From positions 62,001 to 126,000 of the forward strand of contig CDMY01000259.1 of NCBI GenBank assembly GCA_001179505.1: DNA of 64,000 bases, in the 5' to 3' direction. Source of the DNA: Vitrella brassicaformis CCMP3155 (lineage: Eukaryota; Protista; Chromerida). Position numbers and translations under genes: made by a program. Positions 12,897 through 24,118 of the stretch are shown piece by piece. The notes under the pieces are model-generated. The model saw only the letters and a list, made by a program, of their open reading frames with translations. It was not told the DNA's origin and made no database searches. The stretch's first letter is position 1. Each line of letters opens with the position of its first letter.

Positions 12897-15370
12897 TCAT
12901 CCATCCATCGATCGTGTCCTCACGTGTATGTCGAATGAGGCCCCAGCAAAGGGGCTCCGCAGCAGGGGATGCCGGTAGTACGTATCTGGGATGCACACAC
13001 ACACAGCACAGCAGGGACGTCCGTAAGGTGACCAATTCCTGCCTGCCGTCTGTGTCTCCTACCGGTCATTCGGTATCCCGTCTTGTAGTTCTGCGCCTGC
13101 CCCTCCTTCTGCCCATCCTTCTCCTTGTGGCCCTCCTTGCTGTCGCCCTTGCTCTTGTTTGTGGCCTCGTCGCTGGGTGACTGGTGACTCTTCTCGTCAC
13201 GATGCGTCCGGTAGTCTTTGGAGAACTTCTTATGGTTTTGGTAGAAGTCGGTCGACAGCTGCTGGGCGGCCCAGGGGATGTTGTCGAGGGCCGGCACCAC
13301 ATACGGATGACGCAGCGCATCGGCAGCGGTAAGACGGCGCTTCGGGTCTGACGAGACACGACAACAAGGTGGTTCTCCTGGCGAGTCACGACTTTAGTCG
13401 GGTTTACTTGGTTCGAGGAGTTTCTTGATGAGGTCTCTGCACTCCTTGGGCGCGTGTCTGCATGCCTTTGTGGAGTACTGGCCCTTGAGGATCGCCCGCG
13501 CGACGTCATGGTCCTCGAACCCTGCACCAAGCACATTCCGGTCTGGTAGACAGCCACCCATGTGTCAGCATCCACGCTGAGGTGAGTGTGACCGACCTGT
13601 GAAAGGCGTGAAGCCCGTTATGATCCAAAAAAGGGTCACGCCTGCATTGGCAAAGGAATATCATGGAATTGGCTGTCGTCTCGTGTGTCTCTGGTGGATG
13701 TTTGCATACCGACGCTCCACATGTCAGCCTTGCGGCCGTAGTCGCCTGCCAACACCTCGGGCGCCAAATACGGCAGAGACCCAGAACTGAAGACACATAC
13801 ACACACACGTACACCAAGTGTAGCCACCAAGTCCTGATGATCTTTGGAGAAGGCCCCATTCGCAACGTCCCTTACGTGTCTGAGAGTCCAGCATGTTCGC
13901 ACTCGGTTTCGACAGCCAGGCCAAAGTCCGACAGCACCAGGCGGCCCTCATTAGTGACAAAGAAATTCTGGGGCTTGATGTCTCTGTGTCATCCATCCCA
14001 TCCATGGGAGGACAGCAGGAAAATGACACATGGATGCCTCATTCCAGTCATGTTTGATCCCACACCTGTGGCAGATGTTGAGTGAGTGGAGGTGATGGAC
14101 GGCCAGCAGAATGTGCGCCGTGGCCTCTGTCACTTTGGATGCAGGCCAGAAGAGGCAATCCACGCTCTCCAGGTCAGCGTCGTACCGCTCCATGACTGCA
14201 CGTAAGGGAACGGAACACACACCGTACAGGAGAGGCCAGACGGGTACCTGCTTGTCGGAAGCTCTACTTACCAATGTAGCATGACGCGTCGTATAGGAAG
14301 ACGTCGTGGACTAGGACGATGTTGGGGTGCTGCGCGAGCTTCAGCAGGTACACCTCCCGGTGGATCTCCTCCGGTGTCATCTTGGACTGACGACGCTGAC
14401 GCCCCTTGATGTACCTGACGCAGAAAGACAAAAAGTGTCACCGTATAAAGCCAGGACTGCAGAGATGTGGGTATCTGTCCGATTCACCTCAGGTAGGGGT
14501 TAAGCGACTTTCTGTTTTTCTTCTCCTCGGCAGTGGCGGCCTCGTCTTCCTCAATGGCTGTCTCGGATATCTGCGTGATCTTCACTGCCTGATGGGAGAC
14601 AGAGACAGACGTACACATGGACTATACCGGTCTGCATGCTCTATCTGCGTGGGTCCGCTCACCCTTCTTATCTTTGCTTCTCCCACAATGGCTCGAGGAT
14701 TCCTCAGGATGGCCTCACGGCAGGTGGAGAAGCCGCCCTCTCCCAGTTTCTTGCCCAAGATGTACTTGTCATTGAAACCTATTCGCAAAGGACGAAGATA
14801 CTACGTGTGCCTTTTGCTTGCCGTGCGTATGTTCTGCCTACCTGTCAGCTGTCCATTCTTGTCGGTCAGCCGCCGGAAGACGTCTGTCAGAGAGAACCTC
14901 CGTCTGTACTTGCCTCTCCCAGGGCTCCCCTCGGGACTCGCCCCCTCAGGGCCGCCTGGGCTCGTCGGCATCGTCGACATGTCACCCTCGCTCACTGGGC
15001 TCAAAAACGAACCCCGGCCACCGACAGAGCTGGCCACTGAGCCGCGCCGCATGCCCCCACCACCCTCCTTGATGCTCTCGTTGGACCTCTTGCGGAACAT
15101 GTTCATCAGCCGGGAGGCCAGAGATCCCTCTCTTGGACGGTTGGCCCTCCGAGCAGCGTGCTCCACCGGAGAGCCGGGCATACTGCCAAGCCGCCCGACA
15201 CCGCCCTTCTCAGTGACACCCTCATGCCAGGCGTGTGCCGATTTTCCAGAGTCATTGGTCGAGGGGGCCTGATGCGCACTATCTGTTGGGGGAGCGACGG
15301 TGGCAGCGACGCTGTGGCGGCGCTTCTCCTTGGCTGCGGAGGCAAAGTAGGACGAGGGCACCTCAGACAT
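12897..15370 (-). CDS. Ser/Thr protein kinase, CAMK-group-like, with long disordered N-terminus
   Basis: Spliced motifs: YILGKKLGEGGFSTCREA, HPNIVLVHDVF, LHSLNICHR/DIKPQNFF, LSDFGLA, GSLPYLAPEVLAGDYGRKADMWSVG, CRDLIKKLLEP/DPKRRLTAADALRHPY. The position of the last exon (stop) is uncertain. Confidence 0.88.
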
Positions 15371-16347
15371 CTTGCTAATGGGGCTTCAAATGGGGCTGCG
15401 GATGGCGAGAGTATTGGTGTGTGGCTGCTGCCGACTCACATACAGGGCGATAGCATCGTTTGGCAAGGACCGGGCGTGCAAAAGGAAAAGGGGTGAAGAG
15501 AGAGAAATGTGGGCCGCAGTCGAGAATTTCGCGATGGGGGCGAGACGCGATCCTTTTGGAAGATTTCGAACCTTTGATGCGATAGCCTGGATGCCTTTCC
15601 GCTCATATTAGAGCACAGCTTCAGCTGCCGCAGCCCATTAATCTATTTTCTGACTTCGCAACCCTTCTGCGCGAATCCTATTGTGCGAATCCCAGCGGCT
15701 GAAGGTGGCAGTTGACGGCGAACATCGCGGCGGCCTTGTGGCAGTTCCGCCAACAGGTACTCAAGGTGAAAGGTATGTGACAGACAGACGCCTACACCTG
15801 CATTTGCCCTGATGCAATGATGAATTCGCAGCAATGCGCCACCGTGACGCGAAAGGAACACTGTCAGAGGTGGGCTGGCTGTCCGCATCATTCCGTATGA
15901 CATTGTGCGTCTGTGTCAGTGATGTTAGATGGCCTTTGGGCCCACACTGGCGCGAGCCGCCGAGGAGTCCTTCTGAGCTGGTTTTGCAGGGGCCAGCCGG
16001 TTGCACCTCTTCCCCCGTCTCCTTTGGCGACAAAGAGGAGCTGGAGAGGGAAAGCAAGAGTAAGTAAGAGACACACAGACCGAGAGAATGGCACCATGCA
16101 GAATGAACACTGCCTTGTTCAGTCGTGCTGCCTTGTTCTGCAGTCGAGAACACATCGCTCTAGCTTTGAGCCCGTGATTTGCCATCCGGAAGAAAATCAA
16201 GAGATAGATTCCACAGAAGGTGAGCGAGGGAGGAGTGGAATCATCACCAGACGGGCAGAGGGTGCATGTGTGAAGCAGGACCTTGCCGTGATTTCCTTGA
16301 CGCTTTTGCTGCTGCTTGTGTGGATGCATATCAGGTGCTGCGGCAAC

Positions 16348-19300
16348 ATGAGCCTGCCCATCAGTGGTGTCACACCCCGCAGCACTCTCCGGCGGTGTAC
16401 AAGTGAGCCGCAGCTGGGCAGCCCCCTGCGGAGAGTCCAGTCGGAGGTGGACCGCTACATCCGGTCGGGCAGGCCCCTCCCAGTGCACGACACCCCCCTG
16501 CAGCAACTTGAAGAGATTGCCGCCGCCCTGGGCGCGGCATTCTACGGCCCACTAGGGGAGTCCGTCACATCGACCTCGACGCACAGCATCAAGAACCCTG
16601 ACTGCACCTGCATGGAGTGTTGGGTAAGCAAATCATGGGCGGGGAGGGAGAGAGGGAGGGAGGGAGGGAGGGAGGCTGGGAGGGAGGGATTGCCGGCACC
16701 GATTGCTCGTTTGTCGTGTCATGTTGGTCAGCGGGGCGTTCCTCTCGCCTTCTGCTGCCATACGTCGCCGACCTCGTAGCCAGGCACGCTGCCCGAGGGC
16801 TGGTCCCAGAGATGTCGATCCAGTTGGTCGACCACCTGGTGTTCCCCGAGGGACTGTCGGGCCGGACGGTCTTTGCGGCTGAGCCGCTGAGAGCGGCGGT
16901 GCGGAGTGCGGCCATTTGCCTGTGTAGGCAGATGATGGTACGACTGGTGGATGGGCAGCAGGACAACACATTCCTGACGCAGGTAAGCAAGGAGAGAGTG
17001 TGTTCCCACCCCACGCCCCCCCGCAGCATCACGCATACCAACACGAGGCCGCACACCACCAGCACCACCAGCAGGTGCAGCAGCGTGGTGACGCACAGCC
17101 GCCGCCCGAGCAGGCCTTCCTGGGGAAACATCGGGAGGTGGATACGGGGGATTTCGAGGTCCAGCCGGAGAACGTGAGCTTCCCCATGCCGCCCCTCTGG
17201 CCAAGCGCACTCACATCCCTCTACTCCATCCCGGTACGCATTGAGGAGGAAGTGGGCAGATGAGGCTGAGGTGGTGTGGTGCGTGTTGCAGTATCCCTAT
17301 GACGTGTTGGGCAGGGGAACGTTCGGCATAGTCGTCAAGGCCTACTGCAGGCTTCCAGGGGATCCCGTGGCGATCAAGGTCATATTCCACCTAGACGACC
17401 TGGCCGAAATCCATGTAAGTGTATGAGCAGGTAGGCAGTATACACACAGCGTGACACATCCATCCATGTCTCTCTCTGTGTCGGTCTGCTTGTCTGTATG
17501 TGTGTATGTGTGTGGATGGCATGCATGTGTGCAGGCCCAGGAGGAGATCGACAAGATGAATCAGTTGAGTGAGCATTCGGACCTGGCCAAGCACCGGCTC
17601 ATGGTCACAGCGGAGAACCGCTTTGTGCTGGCCCACTATGTAGTGCTGGGCGTTTCGCCCTTTGCGTCGAGGGGGGAGGTCGAGGATGCGTGGAAAAAGT
17701 GTCGCAAATGGGTGAGGGGCGCACAGCACTCGAGGCGACATCATGCTGTGGGATGGGGCGTGCATGCTGCGCGTGTTTGGGGTGTGCAGGCGCATCCCGA
17801 CCGCAAGATACTGCGGGACGGGATGATATTTTCGTACATGAATACCGCCCAGCAGCTGCTGTTGGATGAGGACAAGAGGGAGGCCTATGACCACAAGAAG
17901 GTACGCACACGCGCTGGAACCCTCACATACACTGCGGGCATATCCATCGTCGGTTTGCTGTGCTGTTGGCGGCTGGCTCCTTTCTGGATGGTGCAGGGTG
18001 TGAGTGAGGCCAACCGTGAGCACATCATTGCTCTCTGGAAACACGATTGCGGCCGTTTCGAGGTGGGCGACACAGAGATCCACACACATCCTACCCATAT
18101 CTACGCACATCCACCCTCCCTTCGTATGGTTGGTTGTCCCTCCAGTTCCTGGTTGAGCAGGAGAAGTTGAAGCCTACCAACACTGCCCAGCCGGTATGTA
18201 CGGGCGCACCGCCCAGCTGCAACCATCACCTTGATCAAAGGCACTGTGGATGGATGTGTGTGTGCTGGTTGTGCACTCCTTCAGGCCGCGGCTAAGCCGC
18301 CCGTGCCGAGTTCAGCTGCCGGCAGTTCGCCCACCAACGGCCGCACCGTGACGCCAAGCCGACTGCAGCTCGTCGTGGTGCCAGCGAAGCCTCCCACCCC
18401 CTCACCGTCCCCCTCCCCCTCCCCCACATCGACTCCCCCTGCTGCCCCTGCACCCACACGCGCCGCACCACAAGTGCAGAAAGCCACGCCATACTTGCCC
18501 CCGACTGCCGTCGCCGCTCACCCCCACCCGAACCCCCACCCTCACCCCATCCGCCACACAGCAGAGCAGCTGCCCTCGCCGGGCTACTACAGGCTGAAGG
18601 CGTCTGTCGAGGAGTGTGAGCGGTCCGGAAGCAGATGTGTAGGCCGCAGGTACATATTGATGAGGGCAGGGCCATCACACACGGCCAACACATCGATGTG
18701 ATGTACGTGTGCGTGGCTGTGTGTGTGTCAGGTATCATTGCGTACCAGATGATTCGGGCAAGGTAGTCACTGGCGGGGCGGCCTACAGGCGGGCAGATGA
18801 GCTGGGCGTGCCCGACATACGATACGACAATGAACACATAGAGGTCCTCCTCCCACCCACATACACACAGACACAGACACAGACAGGGACAGAGACACGT
18901 GTGGATGAATGGATGGATGGATGGATTTGTGTACTGCAGAAGGTGAGGGAGTCGGTGAAGGGCCCCAACTGGCCGCGGCAGGAGCTCTGGGACAAGCTGG
19001 ACCTCGCCACCAAGAAATTCCAGGAGCCGCCCTACAGGTCACTCAACAGCCTTCTCGACTACATCTCGCTCATGCTCGCCTACAGACGAGAACTGCGGCT
19101 CACCGCCCAGGAGGTCCGAACTCAGAAACCTACACGCACACGACCTGACATGACCTGACATGGCATGACATCCATGTGTGCAGCTGGTGGACCCAACGGC
19201 GGAGCACCCCGTGTTCGAGTCGATGCGGGAGGAGATCGCCCGGCTGCTGTCCGGGTGGAGCCCACGGGATCGGTACGAGCCCACGGGATCGGTACAACCT

Positions 19301-19358
19301 GGAGCAGATCACGGCCGTCTTCAACCCCAAGACGCGAGACTTCAAGCCGCGCACATGA
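16348..19358 (+). CDS. chimeric multi-exon protein: lineage-specific domain + kinase N-lobe + J-domain (HPD) + Pro-rich region + kinase subdomain X-XI remnant; last exon frameshifted
   Basis: Exon 17292-17414 encodes VLGRGTFGIVVKAYC..VAIKVIF, followed by AQEEIDKMNQL. Exons 17535-17711 and 17790-17900 encode HYVVLGVSPFASRGEVEDAWKKCRKW/AHPDRK..MNTAQQLLLDEDKREAYD. Later exons give LLDYISLMLAYRRELRLTAQE/LVDP. No HRD/DFG/APE motifs found in between. Confidence 0.65.
19258..19295 (+). repeat. perfect 19-bp tandem duplication (GAGCCCACGGGATCGGTAC x2) causing a frameshift
   Basis: Read directly. The frame before it reads ..RLLSGWSPRDRY. The continuation SPRDRYNLEQITAVFNPKTRDFKPRT* lies in a different frame (ORFs 19178..19489 vs 19176..19358). 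Confidence 0.9.
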
Positions 19359-19751
19359 GCACTCAAGGGGCCCGTGCCGCCCTTGTGCCCCCCCACACCC
19401 ATCCCCACACCGCGACCGTCAGCCGGCCCCCTCAGCCCTCCCATGGTGCGCCAGAGCCCCCCTCGCGGTCCAACCAAACTCGCACGTAACGCCAAATCTG
19501 TCCGGTAGGCAGAGGGAGGGAGGGAGGGAGGGAGGGAGAGAGGAAGGGTGCACACAAGCGGAAAAATGAAATCAAGAGTGCAATAAGCTCCCCTTCCCCC
19601 TTTCTCCGTCTGTTTTTGCTGCAGGGGTCTGCGCCTTCGGAGGGACACGACGACGCCCGAGGACGGCTGAGAGGGTAAAAGCGGTTGTTCCACAGAAACA
19701 AAGGGAGAAACCGTCTGTGAGTGCATGTGTGTTCTGCAGGTGGGTTGGCAA

Positions 19752-19805
19752 ATCGCTGTCTGCATTTTATATTCGTTTGGCTGTGTCTCACCTCTCAACG
19801 GACCA
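19752..19805 (+). repeat. dispersed ~55-bp AT-rich motif 'M', copy 1 (others at 21484-21537 and 39049-39085)
   Basis: Copy 1: ATCGCTGTCTGCATTTTATATTCGTTTGGCTGTGTCTCACCTCTCAACGGACC. Copy 2: ATCGCCGTCTACATTTTATATTTCGTTGGCTGTGTCTCACTTTGTCAACGGACC. Copy 3: ATCGCTGTCTACATTTTACATCCGGCTGTTTCTGTC. Confidence 0.8.
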
Positions 19806-19930
19806 CAAAGGACAGCATCGCGTCTCGTTGGAGGTGAGAAGGGCTGGAGGCAGACCAGTAGATAAGGAGAGAGGCTCAGCAGAAAGTAATGGCAATCGAA
19901 TGCGTCTATTCCTGTATATTCCCGTCCCTG

Positions 19931-20400
19931 ATGCAGCAGCACCAGCAGTACACCCGCGGCTTCGGTGAGGCCGAGTTGCGCCGCACAGCCGCAAGGTGGG
20001 CAACGCCAGAGGACATCGCGGCGATACGGGCGCTCATCGCGGCACACCGGGACCCCTCTAAGACCGACGCTGAGGTCCACGAGCTCGCCCTGAAGGTCCC
20101 ACACATGGGGGTAAGCGGGATGGGGCAGCAACGAGGGCAGAGAGAGTGTCAGCTCAGCCTCCCAGTCAGTCTCACTACACACAAGTGGAGGGTGACGGCA
20201 ATGGAATGCATCACATACCCTCATTGGTGTGTTGCTTCAGGAATGCGCCGAGGGCGGTATCGCCCACCTGACGGGAGTGGAGATGAGCGACCTGATTCAG
20301 GCGATGGGGCGGGCGTTCGGTCCGAAGCGCGGTGAGCAGAAGGGGACCAAGACGATGGACCTCGTCGACGCCATGGCCCGGCCCTCGAGGGCGGCGGGTG
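19931..20400 (+). CDS. divergent member of an unrecognised 'EDIAA..HRDP' domain family (copy 1), apparently truncated
   Basis: Exons TPEDIAAIRALIAAHRDPSKTDAEVHELALKVPHMG / ECAEGGIAHLTGVEMSDLIQAMGRAF, with an intron at a similar position to copies 2-4. Confidence 0.5.
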
Positions 20401-20466
20401 AGGAGGGAAAGACAAGATCGCATGAGACTGTAAAATAGCCATGTGTGTTATGCGCCTCCCTCTTTT

Positions 20467-21410
20467 CGGCCCGACATTCCCAAGACCAACCCTGTCGTGG
20501 CGCTACTGAATAGGTACGTGAACACGAGACATAATAAGGCAGTCAATCCAAGTGTGTGTACGTCTCCCGCTCTTTGGTGCTTAGAGGCGTAGATGCTCAC
20601 CTGGCTTGCGTCTGTGCGCGCGCGCGTGTGTGTGTGTGTATCGTGCAGATTGCTGCAGGTCAACCCAGCGGATCGACTCAAGGCAGATCAGGCCTTCTTG
20701 GACGACGCGTTCATCGCGGCCCGTGCTCACAAGGCAGGTCAGTCAATCAGCTTATGGGCAACACTGAACCACTCCCCACCGCAAGTGTCTCTGTCTTTCT
20801 GTGGCTGCTGGTGCTTTCAACAGCTCAAGCTGCTGCTGCCGCTGCTGCCGCCCTCGCACCACAGCCACCAGTGCAGCCGCCTCCTGCAGCCGCACCACAG
20901 CACCAGCCGCCTGCAGTCAAGAAGAAGAAGAAGGCCGCGCACGAGAAGGCCGCGCACAAGAAGGCCGCGCACAAGAAGGTCCCGCACAAGCCCAATAAGG
21001 TGTTCAAGAAGAAGCCCACAGGAAGCAGCCACATCGGGAAGGGGCAGCCGTCGGTCCAGGGCAAGGGCAAGAACGAGGTGGTGGGAGGGAAGCAGACGAG
21101 AAAGGCCATCGCAAAGAAGACACTCGCAGGAGCCAGCCATGGCGGCGGGAAGGCGCAGCCATTGGTCAAGAGGAAGGCCGCCAAGGCCAAGGCAGGGGAC
21201 ACGAAGGAGGCTATCGCAGAGAAGAAAGCCACAGCCACGGTACGAAAGAAATAGGATGAATGGATGACAGGATGACAGAGCCACGACAAGGACCATGGCG
21301 AGCTCTGTGTGTGTGTGCGTCTGTGCAGGCTCCTGTTTGTGAGGTCAAGGGCAAGACGAAGGTGCAGGCCATGCGGGCCAAGGCCGGCGAGGGCTGCGGG
21401 TGAGAGACAG
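20467..21410 (+). pseudogene. intron-containing partial duplicate of the 3' part of the kinase gene at 54618-58101 (kinase subdomain XI + Lys/Ala-rich tail)
   Basis: Near-identity to 56610 onward starts abruptly mid-exon at CGGCCCGACATTCC (RPDIPKT.PVVALLNR) and includes two introns. It then reads LLQVNPADRLKADQAFLDDAFIAARAH, a KKAAHKK-repeat exon, and an exon VCEVKGKTKVQAMRAK matching VCDTKAKAKVQAMRAK at ~57460. No upstream kinase core is present. Confidence 0.75.
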
Positions 21411-21568
21411 ACAAGCTGCGGGTGGATTCCCATGTATGTTGTGCGTCTCCATCCTCTTTTTTCGTCAGAAGACAGACCTTTGAATCGCCGTCTACATTTT
21501 ATATTTCGTTGGCTGTGTCTCACTTTGTCAACGGACCTCTTCAGCAGAAGGGAAGACTACTGCATCAG

Positions 21569-21679
21569 TGCGGCGTGAGATTGCGGAGGGGCCGCAGCTG
21601 ACGGCTGAGCAGATCGCACAAGATGGCGAGGGCGAGAGAGGAGAGGCGTAAAGAGGAGGAAGAGGCCAAGAGGAAACAG
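21569..21679 (+). pseudogene. frameshifted orphan exon paralogous to exon 31101-31238 (minus) of the large hypothetical gene
   Basis: Reads RREIAEGPQLTAEQIAQ [frameshift] MARAREERRKEEEEAKRKQ|gtgggatgg, versus MRREIAEGPQLEPEKLEALVREVEEEQKRRQEEARQRMEEEANARQ|gtgggatgg. Confidence 0.6.
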
Positions 21680-21721
21680 GTGGGATGGATGGATGGATGG
21701 GTGGGAAGGTTGACACGCACA

Positions 21722-21756
<35 letters not shown>

Positions 21757-21928
21757 GGAGGGAGAGAGAGAGAGACGAAACCAGGTACCAGCGAGATTTC
21801 TTTGGCCTCCCTGTCATCTTGCCGGTGTGTGCTGCCACCTAGCCGGTCGAGATGATCTCTTACTTGTCAACGCACCACAAAGACAGAGGTGAGGCGGGTG
21901 GGGGCAGACAGACGAGAACGGAGACATA

Positions 21929-23681
21929 ATGCAGTTTATGCTCTGCTGTTTATTCAAAGGCACGTCAGCAGCGAGCCGCTCTCGTTCTCGGGACCGCTCG
22001 CCTCGCGCCGCACATCGGCGGGTGACCTTAGAGGGCAGGAGGGAGTTGAGCCATGAGCGACAGCGCCAGCGCCAGGAGGTGGTGGCTTATTGGGGAGGAG
22101 GGGAGGAGAAGTTGCTGACGGACGAGGAGATCGATGCCATGATGCCGAGCGACGAGGAGACGGCGGCCATCGCCGAGCAGCGTCGGCGCGACAAGGAGAA
22201 GCTCAAACCCGAGGACATCGCTGCGGTGCGGAGGCTCATCGCCCTCCACCGCGACCCTCGGGCTACCGACGAGGAGGTCCTACGAGCCAAGCAGGAGATA
22301 CCGAGGGAGGTAAGGAGGGATGAGGGACGATGGCAGAAGAGACGCAGAAGAAGAGGCTCAGCAATCATTGTGGCACTGCTGCGTATATTCCTTCCAGGTG
22401 TACCGCACCGTCTGCCATGGGCTGGAGCGCCACGAGATCGAAGACCTCACCAAGCTCCTGATCAGGAACTGCCGCCACGCCGCCTGTAAGTAGAGAGAGA
22501 TGGAGAAGGAATGGATGACATGACATTCGACGACATACTTTCCCTTCTTCCCTTTGTCTGTCTTCTCCAGCCGTCATCGCCGCTGAGCGAGGCGTCCCTC
22601 CGGCCAGTTTGTTTCCGCCCCCCCTTCTCCCCCTTCTCGCCACACAATCCCACCCATCGCCACCACCCCCTCCCTCTCCCCCTCCTGCCCACGGTCCCAC
22701 CTGCACCGTCGCCCCTCACCGCCACCCACCGACTGAGAAGATCGAGGTGCTGCCCGCCCCTGCGGGCTACTACCGAGTGAAGGTCTCGGCGGCGGTGTGG
22801 GGGGAGGGCGAGAGTGGGGTCACCGGCTGCATCGCCAGCACCGTCGCCCAGCGACCGTGTCAAGCGTGAGGCCAAGAGCGAGCAGCAGCAGCAGCAGCAG
22901 CAGCCGAAGCGCTGCTGCTAAGGAGAAGCAGCACTGCGGCGGTGCCATCGTCTGTCTGCGCACGACGCCGGTCGCCATGCTGGCAACGCTGCGGCTGGTG
23001 CGGGTGGTGGTTGTGCCGGTGGTGGGCCTGAGCGGGAGGCCATCGAGGCCGCCGTGAGCTGCACCCAGCACAAGGCGCTGTGGGCGAGTTTGGTGAGCTG
23101 CTGGTGACCCCGACTCTCTTCCCGCTCGACGACTGCGACCTCTACACAGAAGAGGAAATCGCTATGTGGCTGGCTATGAAACAGCGTTGCCGACGCTGAT
23201 GCAGCAGTCTCCCGGCTGATCGTCTTGTCGGCAGCGAAAAGAGGGGGTCGTCAGACAATGGAGACGCCACGATTGGTGCGGGTGAGGCGCTGATGGGTTT
23301 GCCGGAGGCTGCGAGGGAGGGGGAGAGGCTGGAGGGCAAACACTCGCTGACCACGGCTGCAATGTCTGTGTCTGTGTCTGTCGTTCTTTTCTGTCTGCAG
23401 TCGCGGCGGGTTCGACGCCTCCCCCACTCCCTCCCCCTGTCCCGATGCCCGTCTACTTCGGCCGCCCGCCATACATCCCCCCTCCCTACCGCCGCCCCCC
23501 CGCCGCCATGCCCCTGGTCAAGCCGGACAAGTGCTGCCTGGTGGAGGGGTGGGAGCGCCTGTGTGAGTGTGTGCATGATGGGGTCGTGTATGTGTGTGGG
23601 AAGGTCCGGGACTTTGTCGTGTGGGTGTGGGAGGGCTGTGTGTGGGTGGCGACATGTGGGGGGGCCTGCTGCGTGTACTAA
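21929..23681 (+). pseudogene. 'EDIAA..HRDP' family copy 2; 5' exons intact, 3' part interrupted by stops and frameshifts
   Basis: Exons LLTDEEIDAMMPSDEETAAIAEQRRRDKEKLKPEDIAAVRRLIALHRDPRATDEEVLRAKQEIPRE / VYRTVCHGLERHEIEDLTKLLIRNCRHAA / Pro-rich..LPAPAGYYRVKVSA..QRPCQA* (22869). The family C-terminus DKC..VWVWEGCVWVATCG lies further on at ~23520-23681. Confidence 0.6.
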
Positions 23682-24118
23682 GTAGTTTGTTGCATCAAAC
23701 GTGGGGGCTGCAGTGTGCGTGCGAGGTGCTGGTTTCTTTTTTGAGCGCGTTGTCTGACCGTCACCACACCACGTCCGTCTGTCCGTCCGTCCGTCCGTCC
23801 GTCTGTCCGTGTCTTCTGTGTGTTTTCACGTGCCGTCTGTGCTGTGGTCTGCTGTGGTCTGCTGTGTTGTGTTGTGTTCTGTTGGGCCTCTGCAATTTGC
23901 TGACATTTGCTGCTCTTGCTTAGCACTTGTGCTGTTCATTTGCTTATTTGCTGCCTGAGTGACGTTCTTGGGTGTGGAGGGCAGGAGGGAGGGAGGGATT
24001 GAGGGAGGGAGGGAGGGGACTGGGAACTCATGAGGAGGGCGGACGGGCGTTCCTTGTGGGGTAAGTCAGAGGCACGACACACACACACACACACACACAG
24101 AGAGAGAGGGAGAGAGAG

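Noticed and set aside
20800-21254. Stand-alone histone H1 gene
   Set aside because: There is no globular domain and no own start. The segment is a spliced continuation of a duplicated kinase 3' end.
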